Source: Bacteriovoracaceae bacterium (GTDB taxonomy: Bacteria > Bdellovibrionota > Bacteriovoracia > Bacteriovoracales > Bacteriovoracaceae). Taken from it: DNA of 64,000 bases. Location: the NCBI GenBank assembly GCA_965217035.1, contig OZ244226.1:2834146-2898145 (forward strand). Reading direction: 5' to 3'. Below, piece after piece: positions 28,907 to 37,945 of the stretch. The translations under genes were made by a program, and so were the position numbers. Below the pieces are notes generated by a model. That model worked only from the letters and a program-made list of their open reading frames with translations. It was not told the origin of the DNA and did not search any database. Position 1 is the first letter of the stretch, and every line of letters starts with the position of its first letter.

Positions 28907-29248
28907 CTACTCAAATAACCAATTTCGGTCTTTATAAAGATCTGGAGAATCCGTATTTAAAAGCTTTTCCGATTTTTTACAGTTCTTAGAAGGCTTACAA
29001 GAGAAGATCTTGAAACCCTGATAGCATTCATTATCTTCCTCACATTGCCCTTCACATGTGATAATAAGTTTTGTGTAAAGGTTTTGATTATTTTTAATAA
29101 TATAGCGAGTAATACTTTTATTCTGATTTTTCTTTGTGTTCCCTATATAATAGGCTTTGGCACTCTTCATAAGAGAATCTAGAGGAGAAGCTACAATTAA
29201 GTCTGTAACTCCTCCAAAAATAAGAAAAATAAAAAGTGTTTTTTTCAC
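28907..29248 (-). CDS. Small exported Cys-containing protein
   Basis: GTG start, hydrophobic N-terminus, 5 Cys; 10 bp downstream of the next gene. Confidence 0.6.
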   Translation of the reverse strand: MKKTLFIFLIFGGVTDLIVASPLDSLMKSAKAYYIGNTKKNQNKSITRYIIKNNQNLYTKLIITCEGQCEEDNECYQGFKIFSCKPSKNCKKSEKLLNTDSPDLYKDRNWLFE

Positions 29249-29258
29249 AGCTTTAAGC

Positions 29259-29639
29259 TTATTCGGCCTCGTATAATGCTGGTGCTATAAAAGCTGCTCC
29301 TGAGCTGTACTCACATCTTCCACTGCAAGAGCCTTCACTGGCATCGCTGGTACAAGAAAGAGATGTACAGCTTTTTTGTCCTGTAAGTCGACAACCAGAG
29401 ATATTACACATTGTTCCATCTGATGAACTGCAACTTCCCGCACATTGTTGCCAACCTCTCTTTACAAGATTTCCCTTTTTATCTTTAGGAGTTCTAATGG
29501 TTTTTTTTACAATAGTTCCATCTGCCTGTCTTTCGATAGAAACCTCTGTTATATAGCCTGTTTCTTCTTTCTTTTCTTGAGCAAAAAGATGAGAACTTGA
29601 TAATAAAAGAGTCATTGCAATAAAAATAAATTTTTTCAT
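29259..29639 (-). CDS. Exported protein with an 8-Cys C-terminal domain
   Basis: Signal ending LFA, charged spacer, KR-GWQQC..., 8 Cys in ~45 aa; RBS AGGAG. Confidence 0.75.
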   Translation of the reverse strand: MKKFIFIAMTLLLSSSHLFAQEKKEETGYITEVSIERQADGTIVKKTIRTPKDKKGNLVKRGWQQCAGSCSSSDGTMCNISGCRLTGQKSCTSLSCTSDASEGSCSGRCEYSSGAAFIAPALYEAE

Positions 29640-29674
29640 TAGGTATCTCCTGTCGGTATAGTTATAAAGACTTC

Positions 29675-29701
29675 TAATCGGAATGAAAGTAGGTAACTTA
29701 A
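29675..29701 (-). promoter_or_regulatory. Putative sigma28 (FliA) promoter
   Basis: Minus strand TTAAG-N14-TCCGATTA. Confidence 0.45.
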
Positions 29702-30213
29702 ATTAGAATTAAAAAAAAACTGACTTTTTCTCATAGAAAAATCTTAGAGAGAAAAATTTAAAGGTCATGACCTGGTCTTACGAGTGTTTAGCTCGGAATT
29801 ATTTTCTATCGGGATCCGGTTAATGCCGTTAAAGTGATTTTCTAATTTGATTAGATTTTTTTAGACTGAGTCACTTACATGCACATAAAAGGCTGCACCT
29901 CGGTATTTACTTTTTTAGTAACTTGAAAATTTTTTATTGTATTTTTAGAAGCTTTTAAACTTGCCTTGTATTGCAATACCACAAAGCATTCTTCATTTTT
30001 CCATGAATATCACGATGCAGTCATCGCTTAGAGCGTCTAACCATCGAGAACCAGACTCAAACAGCTTCGATAATCAGAAAATTCAAAAACACTCAAAGTT
30101 TACCTTTTTGTAAAATTATTGCCCCTAAACTTACTATAAAATCCTTAAAATTCCATATTTTTCGAAGGAAAGTGACCCTCAGATAAAATAATTTTTCAAC
30201 AAGGAGATACAAA

Positions 30214-30564
30214 ATGAAAAATTTAAAGACAATTATTGCAGGACTTATCATTGTAGCAGGAATTAGCGCACAGGCAAAAACTCAATCAAGATCAAAAGAT
30301 GATGTTGCATTTGCAGGGGATGATGCATTTGTTATTTACAGTACAGAAGTTTCTAAGAAAATTTACAAAAATCTCAAAATTAAACCAGTAAAAACAAAAA
30401 CTCCTGTGTACGAAGGTGAGTATATGGTTTTTAACACTAAGAAAGGAAGAAATATTGTATGCGCACACATAAAAGGCTTCACTACGAAAGGGAAGCTTAT
30501 AGGAAAGGATGTTAGATGCACTGCAACTTTCGATTTACTCAGCGGTATGGCACTAGACTATTAG
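30214..30564 (+). CDS. Small exported hypothetical protein
   Basis: RBS AAGGAG, signal ending AQA; KxG..IVC...C motif. Confidence 0.75.
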   Translation: MKNLKTIIAGLIIVAGISAQAKTQSRSKDDVAFAGDDAFVIYSTEVSKKIYKNLKIKPVKTKTPVYEGEYMVFNTKKGRNIVCAHIKGFTTKGKLIGKDVRCTATFDLLSGMALDY

Positions 30565-30574
30565 TTTAAATAGA

Positions 30575-30618
30575 AGAATCGGTTTAATGCCCTTAAGGTT
30601 TTGAACCGATTCTTTTTT
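30575..30618 (+). terminator. Intrinsic terminator
   Basis: aagaatcggtttaa...ttgaaccgattctt followed by a T run. Confidence 0.7.
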
Positions 30619-30663
30619 AAGATACCTTAGGCTTCATTAACTTTTTTACAAAGGATTTTTTCA

Positions 30664-31074
30664 ATGAAAACTTTTATGACTTTAACTTTATTTTCAACTT
30701 TTCTACTAAACACTTCATATTCCAATGAATTTATCTATGTAGACTTTACTGAGGAGTTAGGTGCTGTAGCGATGGTAGGAGAAGGTGCAGTTACCCTCTA
30801 TGATAAGCTTAGTAAAATCAAGGAACAACCTGCTGAAGATGATACACTTATTGGAAAGGTTAAGTTAGGGGAACATTTAGTTTGTGTCAGAGCAAAAGAT
30901 AAGCAGACGCAAGAAAGAATTGATAGCTGCTTAAATTTATATGAAAATATAAAAATTGGTCAAGTTTCATCGATTAATGGTTTGGCATTAGACAAAAAAG
31001 TCTCTAAGAAGCGCTTAGCTTTTAAATCAACAAAGTTAGTACTTAGAAAACTAAAGCGAAGAACGAGAAGATAA
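30664..31074 (+). CDS. Small exported hypothetical protein, distantly similar to the upstream gene
   Basis: Signal peptide; G..A..LY..L...K.G..LVC...C. Confidence 0.7.
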   Translation: MKTFMTLTLFSTFLLNTSYSNEFIYVDFTEELGAVAMVGEGAVTLYDKLSKIKEQPAEDDTLIGKVKLGEHLVCVRAKDKQTQERIDSCLNLYENIKIGQVSSINGLALDKKVSKKRLAFKSTKLVLRKLKRRTRR

Positions 31075-31096
31075 AAATTGACTTGAGTACATCATA

Positions 31097-31152
31097 AGCA
31101 AATCCTTTAATAAAACTACTGTTTGTATTGTAGCTTGAAGGATTTGCTTTCT
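31097..31152 (+). terminator. Hairpin/terminator
   Basis: aagcaaatcctttaa...ttgaaggatttgctt. Confidence 0.5.
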
Positions 31153-31497
31153 TTCTTATATCCTGCTGGTATTATTTTTATCCTTCCATTTACTTGATCA
31201 AAATCTTCCGCTGATCTGTCCGGCATAAACCGGTTCAAATTTTATGCTAAGATGAAGCGGAAGAAGGAAATTTTCTGGTTGCTCGTTTGATTCCCTCGAT
31301 GTTTTTTGTGCCATCTCTTTATAGTATTCCTTAACTTATTTTTATAACGTCAAAGTCTAAGAAGTCGGAGAGGAATTATTCAGACTTCAATACTTAGAAA
31401 GTTTAATTGAAAATCCTACTTTTCTCCAAGAGTTGCTGGCGATGTACAGTCCTAATTTTCCTTAGAAAGTAATAATTGCCGGTTAAGACTGTACAGG

Positions 31498-31524
31498 TAA
31501 GAGTATCTTTTCACTTACCGATAA
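31498..31524 (+). promoter_or_regulatory. Putative sigma28 (FliA) promoter
   Basis: TAAG-N15-ACCGATAA, 20 nt before the ATG. Confidence 0.6.
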
Positions 31525-31544
31525 AATAAACAAGGAGCAATATT

Positions 31545-32270
31545 ATGATTAAATTATTATTAATTTTTTTTACCTTAATCAGTTCAACTTATGCCAAAGG
31601 TCCCTTTGAAGGATTGTCAGGTGAAGAACTAAGAAAGGGTCCTAGTAGATGCTCATCATCAGCGAATCTATTTGATGCTATCACTTCAACCGGAGTTAAT
31701 CTTCTTGATGAACATCCTAAGAAAATTTGGCATTGTAAGAAAGCTGGAAAAGACTGTCCAGATGTTGGCTTAACTTGTTATTCCAACTCAAGTAATGGAT
31801 TCCCTGCCATTTGTCTCAAAAAACCAAGAATTGCTTATGAAGAACATAACTTAGCAGAAGATGGTCAAAAAAGAGAAATTTATACTCTTAAAAGACCACG
31901 GTTTGATGCTATCTATACTCTTAAAAAAGGTATTACCAAAAATCAAAATTTTTCAAATAGAATTGAAATGGATAAAAATGGCTGTCATGGTACAAAAGCT
32001 TTCTATAATCAGCGATCAGGTTCCACGGGTTCTGTTGGAATGATGTTTTGGGCAAATGATTGCTTAGATAGGATGGTTTCATTGATCAAAGGGAAATACT
32101 GTGATGCTTCAAAAGGACGAGACCCTAAATATTATGGGCTTTTCATGTCTGAGATTGAAGATATGTCAATATGTCTTAAACTATTCCCAAATACAATGGA
32201 TAGATATAAAAAATTAAACGCTCCTAATAAAAAACCAGAGGGGAATTCTCCTATTACTATTGATAAATAA
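31545..32270 (+). CDS. Exported Cys-rich hypothetical protein
   Basis: RBS AAGGAG, signal ending TYA, multiple Cys. Confidence 0.75.
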   Translation: MIKLLLIFFTLISSTYAKGPFEGLSGEELRKGPSRCSSSANLFDAITSTGVNLLDEHPKKIWHCKKAGKDCPDVGLTCYSNSSNGFPAICLKKPRIAYEEHNLAEDGQKREIYTLKRPRFDAIYTLKKGITKNQNFSNRIEMDKNGCHGTKAFYNQRSGSTGSVGMMFWANDCLDRMVSLIKGKYCDASKGRDPKYYGLFMSEIEDMSICLKLFPNTMDRYKKLNAPNKKPEGNSPITIDK

Positions 32271-32454
32271 TGAGTCTCCATTGGTTTATACTAAGTATAA
32301 AGAAGTTCTAAAAAATGTAGTGATAGATTTAAAGCATATTTAGCTACCCAAGTAACATTCGAGATTTTACAGAAGCATCCCTTAAGGAAAAATACTCCCT
32401 TTAAAAGCGATTATATTACTCCCGTAGACAGAAGTACCGATAAAATACTGATTA

Positions 32455-34551
32455 ATGAAAAAATTATTTTTAACTTTGATTATTCATTCGATACTTTTCA
32501 TACCACTGATTGGTTTTGCATCCTATTGTTGGAAGTATACCAATACGGCGTATGATGTCTCAGAGTTCACACCTGGTCTATCAAAGCGAGAATCTCTTAA
32601 AGCAAAGGGCGATAACCCTCTTAAAGAGCCTTTTTATTTATCTAAATCTCCTGATTTATTAGAAGCTACCATTTCAAGAAATATTAACGATTATGCCCGA
32701 GCAAACTTCCGGCATGGAAGCAAGCCTCGATTTACTGTTGAACCTCCCTTTAAGCTCATCTGGAATCTAAACTTTGGTTATAAAAAGAATGAAGATATAC
32801 GAGTATTGGGACAAGTTGCCTATACAGTTGTTTCTCCTAATGGACAAATCATAGAAATGGGATTCCGGCATCCTGATATCTTAAAAACTTTTCTAAAACA
32901 TCTTAAAGGTTATACACCTGGTCCTCAAGAGTTGAAACGACTCTCTGAATTGAATACTAATCTCATCCAAAGCCTTCGAAAACACCCTCAATCAAAAATT
33001 GAGCTAGAAAAATTTGTAGAATCAAGAGGCTGGCCGGAGGGTTATGCAGAACATGCTCAAATTGCTTATTTAAATCCAAAAAACTTTGATCTCTACCAAT
33101 GGGCACGAGAAAGCAAATATAGTTATTATGAAATGTATCAAGCTGGATGGTTCAAATTAAAGTTTGCTGAGAATGGAAAACCTTTCTATGAAGTCAGGGA
33201 TGAAATTACCATTAAAATCCCTTATTTCGCTGATCATGAGAGAACGAAGGTTCTTCGATGGAGATCAAGAGTGGTTAACCCTGAAAAAGGTGCTGCGAAA
33301 TATAAGAGTTATCCGAAAGACCGTTCGCTTAATCTCCCTTATGATGTCAATAATTTTTTATACAATGGGTGGGACCTCTCCACAGTAAGAGGGAAAAGGT
33401 TGGTAATCACTGAGGGTGAATTTAAATGTTTAGTGAGCACCCAAAAAACGGGTATCCTTCACGTTGGAATTCCGGGTATTACCCTTTTTGATGATCGAAT
33501 GATCCAGGCGATTGTCGATGCAGGACCTAGCGAAGTCGTCGTTATCATGGATCGTGATCCGTTAGGTAAGGCCATCAAAGGCCAAATTGATGGGGTCACG
33601 TTAAGTTCTAAAGCTGCTTACCAGTTTGCTAAGGATCTCCAAAGATTAGGAGCTAAAAAGGTTCGAGTTGGAATACTTCCTGATGTCTATCAAGGAGCAA
33701 AAGTTGGAGCCGATGACCTCATACTCGAACATGAAGAAGGTCTTGCTCATTATTTAAGAGTGATTGGACAAGCTCAGACACCAGAGAAATATGCTGAATC
33801 GATTGGTCTCGATCCATTACTACAAGAATATGTCATTGAGAAAACTCGATTAAAACAGGATATGACAAGTTATAGAAATGCCCGCTCCCGCGGAGTATCA
33901 GCTTTAGACCGAAACACTTATCAAGATTTTTATTATCAACTTGATCAAGGACTACCCGGTAAGATTAGAGAGCATATCAGAAACAACTATAATGGAGCAC
34001 AAGATCATTATCGCCCCCCTTTGGAATATGATTATGTTAAACTAAGTTCTAAAACCAGAGGAAAAAATTTTAAAGCACAAGTACCCAATGAAAATTATAA
34101 TGGGATTATAATTCTACTCGATTATGTTACCAGAAATCTTGATCCTGTTGATTGTACGCGAAGACCCTGTCATTCTCTAAGTAAAAGTAGTGATCAATTA
34201 ATGAATAGTTTTAAGAGTTGGAAAAACTCGGAGAATAGAACATTCTCTCTAAACATGCGTGAGGCGATTGGTATCTTAAAGGAACAAGGATTTAATCTCA
34301 ATACTTATGAAGAATTTCAAATGGCTTCTCTCTTGGCAGAAATTATAAAAATTTACCCACCTGATGATTATTATTATGGATTTAACTATTCTCTTTCATC
34401 TCCTAATGAAAGTGCGAAGGTCCCTATAACAATTTTTTCTAAAAAGAATGACATTGTAGAGGCGATGGCCCGTTTACAAACTGATTTCAATCAAGGAAAC
34501 CAAGTGATGAACCTTTTCAATCGAGTAGAAAGCATTCTTTTTGGTCAATAA
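32455..34551 (+). CDS. Signal-peptide-bearing protein with a DnaG-like primase catalytic core (TOPRIM)
   Basis: N-terminal MKK-hydrophobic-IGFA signal; SRG, AGW, IPY, R.R, KY.S.P, LYN, ITEGEFK, MDRD, LPD..GADD colinear with the DnaG polymerase domain. Confidence 0.8.
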   Translation: MKKLFLTLIIHSILFIPLIGFASYCWKYTNTAYDVSEFTPGLSKRESLKAKGDNPLKEPFYLSKSPDLLEATISRNINDYARANFRHGSKPRFTVEPPFKLIWNLNFGYKKNEDIRVLGQVAYTVVSPNGQIIEMGFRHPDILKTFLKHLKGYTPGPQELKRLSELNTNLIQSLRKHPQSKIELEKFVESRGWPEGYAEHAQIAYLNPKNFDLYQWARESKYSYYEMYQAGWFKLKFAENGKPFYEVRDEITIKIPYFADHERTKVLRWRSRVVNPEKGAAKYKSYPKDRSLNLPYDVNNFLYNGWDLSTVRGKRLVITEGEFKCLVSTQKTGILHVGIPGITLFDDRMIQAIVDAGPSEVVVIMDRDPLGKAIKGQIDGVTLSSKAAYQFAKDLQRLGAKKVRVGILPDVYQGAKVGADDLILEHEEGLAHYLRVIGQAQTPEKYAESIGLDPLLQEYVIEKTRLKQDMTSYRNARSRGVSALDRNTYQDFYYQLDQGLPGKIREHIRNNYNGAQDHYRPPLEYDYVKLSSKTRGKNFKAQVPNENYNGIIILLDYVTRNLDPVDCTRRPCHSLSKSSDQLMNSFKSWKNSENRTFSLNMREAIGILKEQGFNLNTYEEFQMASLLAEIIKIYPPDDYYYGFNYSLSSPNESAKVPITIFSKKNDIVEAMARLQTDFNQGNQVMNLFNRVESILFGQ

Positions 34552-34568
34552 AAGAGATCAGAGATAAT

Positions 34569-34715
34569 TACAATGATGAAGATCTCGATACGTAGGAATG
34601 GACAGCTGAAGTACAAGAGCTTAAAGCTTGTCAAAAGAATACACGACTCAAACAGCTTGTTGCTGGTCTGATCTTAGATAAATACATACCACAAGAGGTA
34701 TTCAAAAAAAATTAA
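34569..34715 (+). mobile_element. IS3-family OrfA remnant
   Basis: Degenerate RSRYVGMD..EVQELKACQ.NTRLKQLVAGLILDKYIPQEVFKKN ending in an A-run. Confidence 0.65.
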
Positions 34716-34818
34716 AAAACTAGGGGATAGCAAGTAATATACTGTCGAAAAAATCGTCACTATGTAAGTTGTAGATAATAGAAAAAATGACTCACCATCT
34801 TGTGCTACGATAGATATT

Positions 34819-35940
34819 ATGAAAAAAAATCTTATAATTTTTTTACTTTTTACTCTCAATTTATCCCATGCTCAAACAGCTTTTTTGGCAACTGCACATG
34901 AACAAGATTGGGAGAGTGAATATTTCAAACAATTAGAGGATTTATCAGTACCAGTCCATACAAATCAGCTCATTTTCAAGTGGAAAGAAGAGGATAAAAA
35001 AGAAATCTCTGTTGTTTCAAATTGGATTAAACAATTATCAGAATTTAATTCAAAAACTGTCTATATAGACTTGGCAGGACATTCGTGGCCGGGAACTGAA
35101 AAGATGGACTACAAATCTTCAGGACTTGTCCTTCCAACAAACTTTTATCAAAAGATAAAAGTTTATCGATATGAGGCTATGCTTCAAGACATCAAAAATA
35201 ATATTGAAAATGATAAAAACCTCATTCTTATATCCGACACTTGTTATGGTGGTGGAGTTCATTATCTCGCAGAAAAACGTAAGAGAACCTGTGCTTTTTC
35301 TAGTACAGATCATAGAACTCTTTCTGCAAAGAATAAACACATAACAGATACTCGCTCTAGTACTCTTATTTGGGAAAATTTAAAAATGGGGAAGAGTTTG
35401 TTTCAAAGCTATTTCGAGATACTAAAAGATGACAATCTGAATGGCGGGCGAGGATTAATTTCATCGAAGTTTATCATCCATAAAAAATTAGGCAAAAATT
35501 CATTCGATAAATCTTATAATGATAGACTCTTCAGTAAACAAAATATCGCTCAAACTTTACTTCCTATTGCAAAAATGCCTTTACCTTTTATTAGAAAACA
35601 AAAATCTCGCTTTAATTGGTCTTCAAAGAGAAATGAAATTTATGAACTTGTCGAAAGTGATTTAGAAAAAAGTAAATCAAATATTAATCAGTTAATTACA
35701 AATATATCAAAAAACAGAGAACTTTTAGCAGAATTTATCGATCAACGTTTAGAGGAATTATTACAAAACTCTCTTGACTATTACAATCGAAATGAAGCGA
35801 TTCATACTAACAAAGATATCACAAAATACTTTTTTGTCTTTGAGTATTACGCAGATTTAATAGACTATTTGAAAATTGCAAACAGAGACGAAAAAGAATA
35901 CTTACGAAATGTTCAAGATTGTGAAGCAAGTACTCTCTAA
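34819..35940 (+). CDS. Exported clan-CD (caspase/legumain-like) peptidase
   Basis: Signal peptide; YIDLAGHS and ILISDTCYGGG His/Cys dyad motifs. Confidence 0.65.
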   Translation: MKKNLIIFLLFTLNLSHAQTAFLATAHEQDWESEYFKQLEDLSVPVHTNQLIFKWKEEDKKEISVVSNWIKQLSEFNSKTVYIDLAGHSWPGTEKMDYKSSGLVLPTNFYQKIKVYRYEAMLQDIKNNIENDKNLILISDTCYGGGVHYLAEKRKRTCAFSSTDHRTLSAKNKHITDTRSSTLIWENLKMGKSLFQSYFEILKDDNLNGGRGLISSKFIIHKKLGKNSFDKSYNDRLFSKQNIAQTLLPIAKMPLPFIRKQKSRFNWSSKRNEIYELVESDLEKSKSNINQLITNISKNRELLAEFIDQRLEELLQNSLDYYNRNEAIHTNKDITKYFFVFEYYADLIDYLKIANRDEKEYLRNVQDCEASTL

Positions 35941-36118
35941 ATCGTAGCTAGATGACGACTCCTACACCATAAAAATTAGCTTAATTTCGACGAGATATAC
36001 CCATCATCTAAAGAATAAAGTTTTTTTATTACTGTCTAAATTAAGGTCAATTAGGTAAGGAGCATATAAAATATTCAATCTACTATCTGGGATTCTGTTA
36101 TCGAGTTAATCTATAATA

Positions 36119-37867
36119 ATGAAGAAGCAGTTTTTAGCACTTTTTATAACGAGCATGATCTCTTTTATGGCCTATGGCTCTAATAATTACTGTGCTGGAA
36201 TTAGAGGAAATGGAGAGCTTGTTCCTGCTCATTGGGCTGCTTTGGCAAGAATTATTGAGCACAAAGGGTTACCATCAAGAGTTTCTGGTGGAAGTTCTGC
36301 TGCAATAACTCAGTTTCTTCTCGATGGATTATCTCGAAATACCTTCGCTGATACAAATAGTAAAAAAGCTCTTTTGATGAAAGCATTAACTCCACATATA
36401 CTTTATCTCTCAGATATTGATGCGAAGTCTCCACGTATAATGGATATTGTTGCTGATTTTACAGGGAAGGAAAAAAGTGGTTTTTTCACAAAGCTAAAAG
36501 GGTCCATAAAAGTTGCTCGTAATTTAAGAACACTTAAAGGTATCTTAGGTGAATATGGAAAACTTCTAAATCCTGAATTGATATATGGATTAAAGAAGAA
36601 ATTTAAATTCTATAAAGCTCAAATCTCCGAAGCGATTAAGATGCTAGGAGCTTTTGATGCAAAAAATGATCAGAATATTTTTTATAGAAAAGGAATTATA
36701 GATTTCAAGCAACTTGGAATATTTTTTGGAAGAATTGCTGATTTTACAGCAGGGTATGGAAGTGTCGAAACAAATATAAAAATAGTAGATTTTTTAGATA
36801 AATGCACTGATTTATCTAAAGGGAAAACTTGGAAAGAGCTTGAAAAGGCACATCCTGAATGCCAAAGAAGTTTATATTCAGCTTTGGATGAATTTTATGA
36901 TTTTAGAAAAAAGAAGAAACGGAAAAGAGGTTTCCCAAACATAATGATTTTTGAAAAAGTAGGTTCTGGTCTTAAGGCTTATCCTACAACAGCTGTTGTC
37001 CACGGAAGTGGTGCTAAAAAGTATGAAAAACTAAGCAGGGAATATTTAAAGAAAAGAGCTAAGGATTTTACTCAATTTGTTCTCAACTACGATACAGAGT
37101 TAGAATATGGTTATTGGGGGGATGAACAAGGACTAGAAGACATTAAAGTCGGACTTGAAAGTAAGTATCCTTTTGATATGAAAAGCTCGAAATTTAGAAA
37201 AATTACGAATGGTACCTGGTTTGAAGTTCTTGCAACATCCCCAGCTGAACCAGGCCTTTCAAGTCTTCAAAAAATTCCATTAAGTTCTACATTCAATAAG
37301 AAAGAAATGATCAATAGAGGCTTGTTTAAACGCTGGACGAATTCAAAAAAACCTTGGAAATCTTTGCATGAGAATAGAGATGGTATTTACTCAGCTGGTG
37401 GATGGTCTGATCTACATCCAACTTTAGTTTTAAAGGCTATTGGCTGCGAAGATGTTATTTACATAACTCGTCAGGGTGGAGAAAGTGTCTTTGGACAACA
37501 AATATTTATTCGTCTCACAGGCTATGATGATAAAATTAGATTTTGGGAAAAAATTGGCGAAAAAAATAGGATTGGATATACAGACTTAAATCAAGAAGAA
37601 GAAGGTTCTCCTTGGAATAAACTTTATAACCTAGGGAATCCAGATAGTTCTTATAATCTTTCGATTAAAGAATCGACCGCCATTTATTGTACTAACTGGG
37701 ATGCATTTTATATTTTTAAAGGTGAAGTGACAAATGCAATTGATGATGCTTATTCAGCACCATTATTCTTGAAAGATGAGTCGAGGAGAAATGAGTTTAA
37801 TTTCGGATTAAATTTTCAAGGAAAAAGTAAAGATGGTTTTCCTGGATGTTTACAAACTATCCAATAA
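36119..37867 (+). CDS. Exported patatin-like protein
   Basis: Signal; RGNG...H.AAL, SGGSSA elbow, SAGGWSD near the position of the patatin DGG. Confidence 0.55.
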   Translation: MKKQFLALFITSMISFMAYGSNNYCAGIRGNGELVPAHWAALARIIEHKGLPSRVSGGSSAAITQFLLDGLSRNTFADTNSKKALLMKALTPHILYLSDIDAKSPRIMDIVADFTGKEKSGFFTKLKGSIKVARNLRTLKGILGEYGKLLNPELIYGLKKKFKFYKAQISEAIKMLGAFDAKNDQNIFYRKGIIDFKQLGIFFGRIADFTAGYGSVETNIKIVDFLDKCTDLSKGKTWKELEKAHPECQRSLYSALDEFYDFRKKKKRKRGFPNIMIFEKVGSGLKAYPTTAVVHGSGAKKYEKLSREYLKKRAKDFTQFVLNYDTELEYGYWGDEQGLEDIKVGLESKYPFDMKSSKFRKITNGTWFEVLATSPAEPGLSSLQKIPLSSTFNKKEMINRGLFKRWTNSKKPWKSLHENRDGIYSAGGWSDLHPTLVLKAIGCEDVIYITRQGGESVFGQQIFIRLTGYDDKIRFWEKIGEKNRIGYTDLNQEEEGSPWNKLYNLGNPDSSYNLSIKESTAIYCTNWDAFYIFKGEVTNAIDDAYSAPLFLKDESRRNEFNFGLNFQGKSKDGFPGCLQTIQ

Positions 37868-37945
37868 AAAGATCTCGTTTTAGCTTTTATCTTGATTGAT
37901 TTTAAGTTTTAATATCTAAGCTTATTTAAAAGAACTGAATCTTTC

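Noticed and set aside
29881..30478. 13-bp match CACATAAAAGGCT between intergenic DNA and the 30214 gene
   Set aside because: Too short in AT-rich DNA to distinguish from chance.
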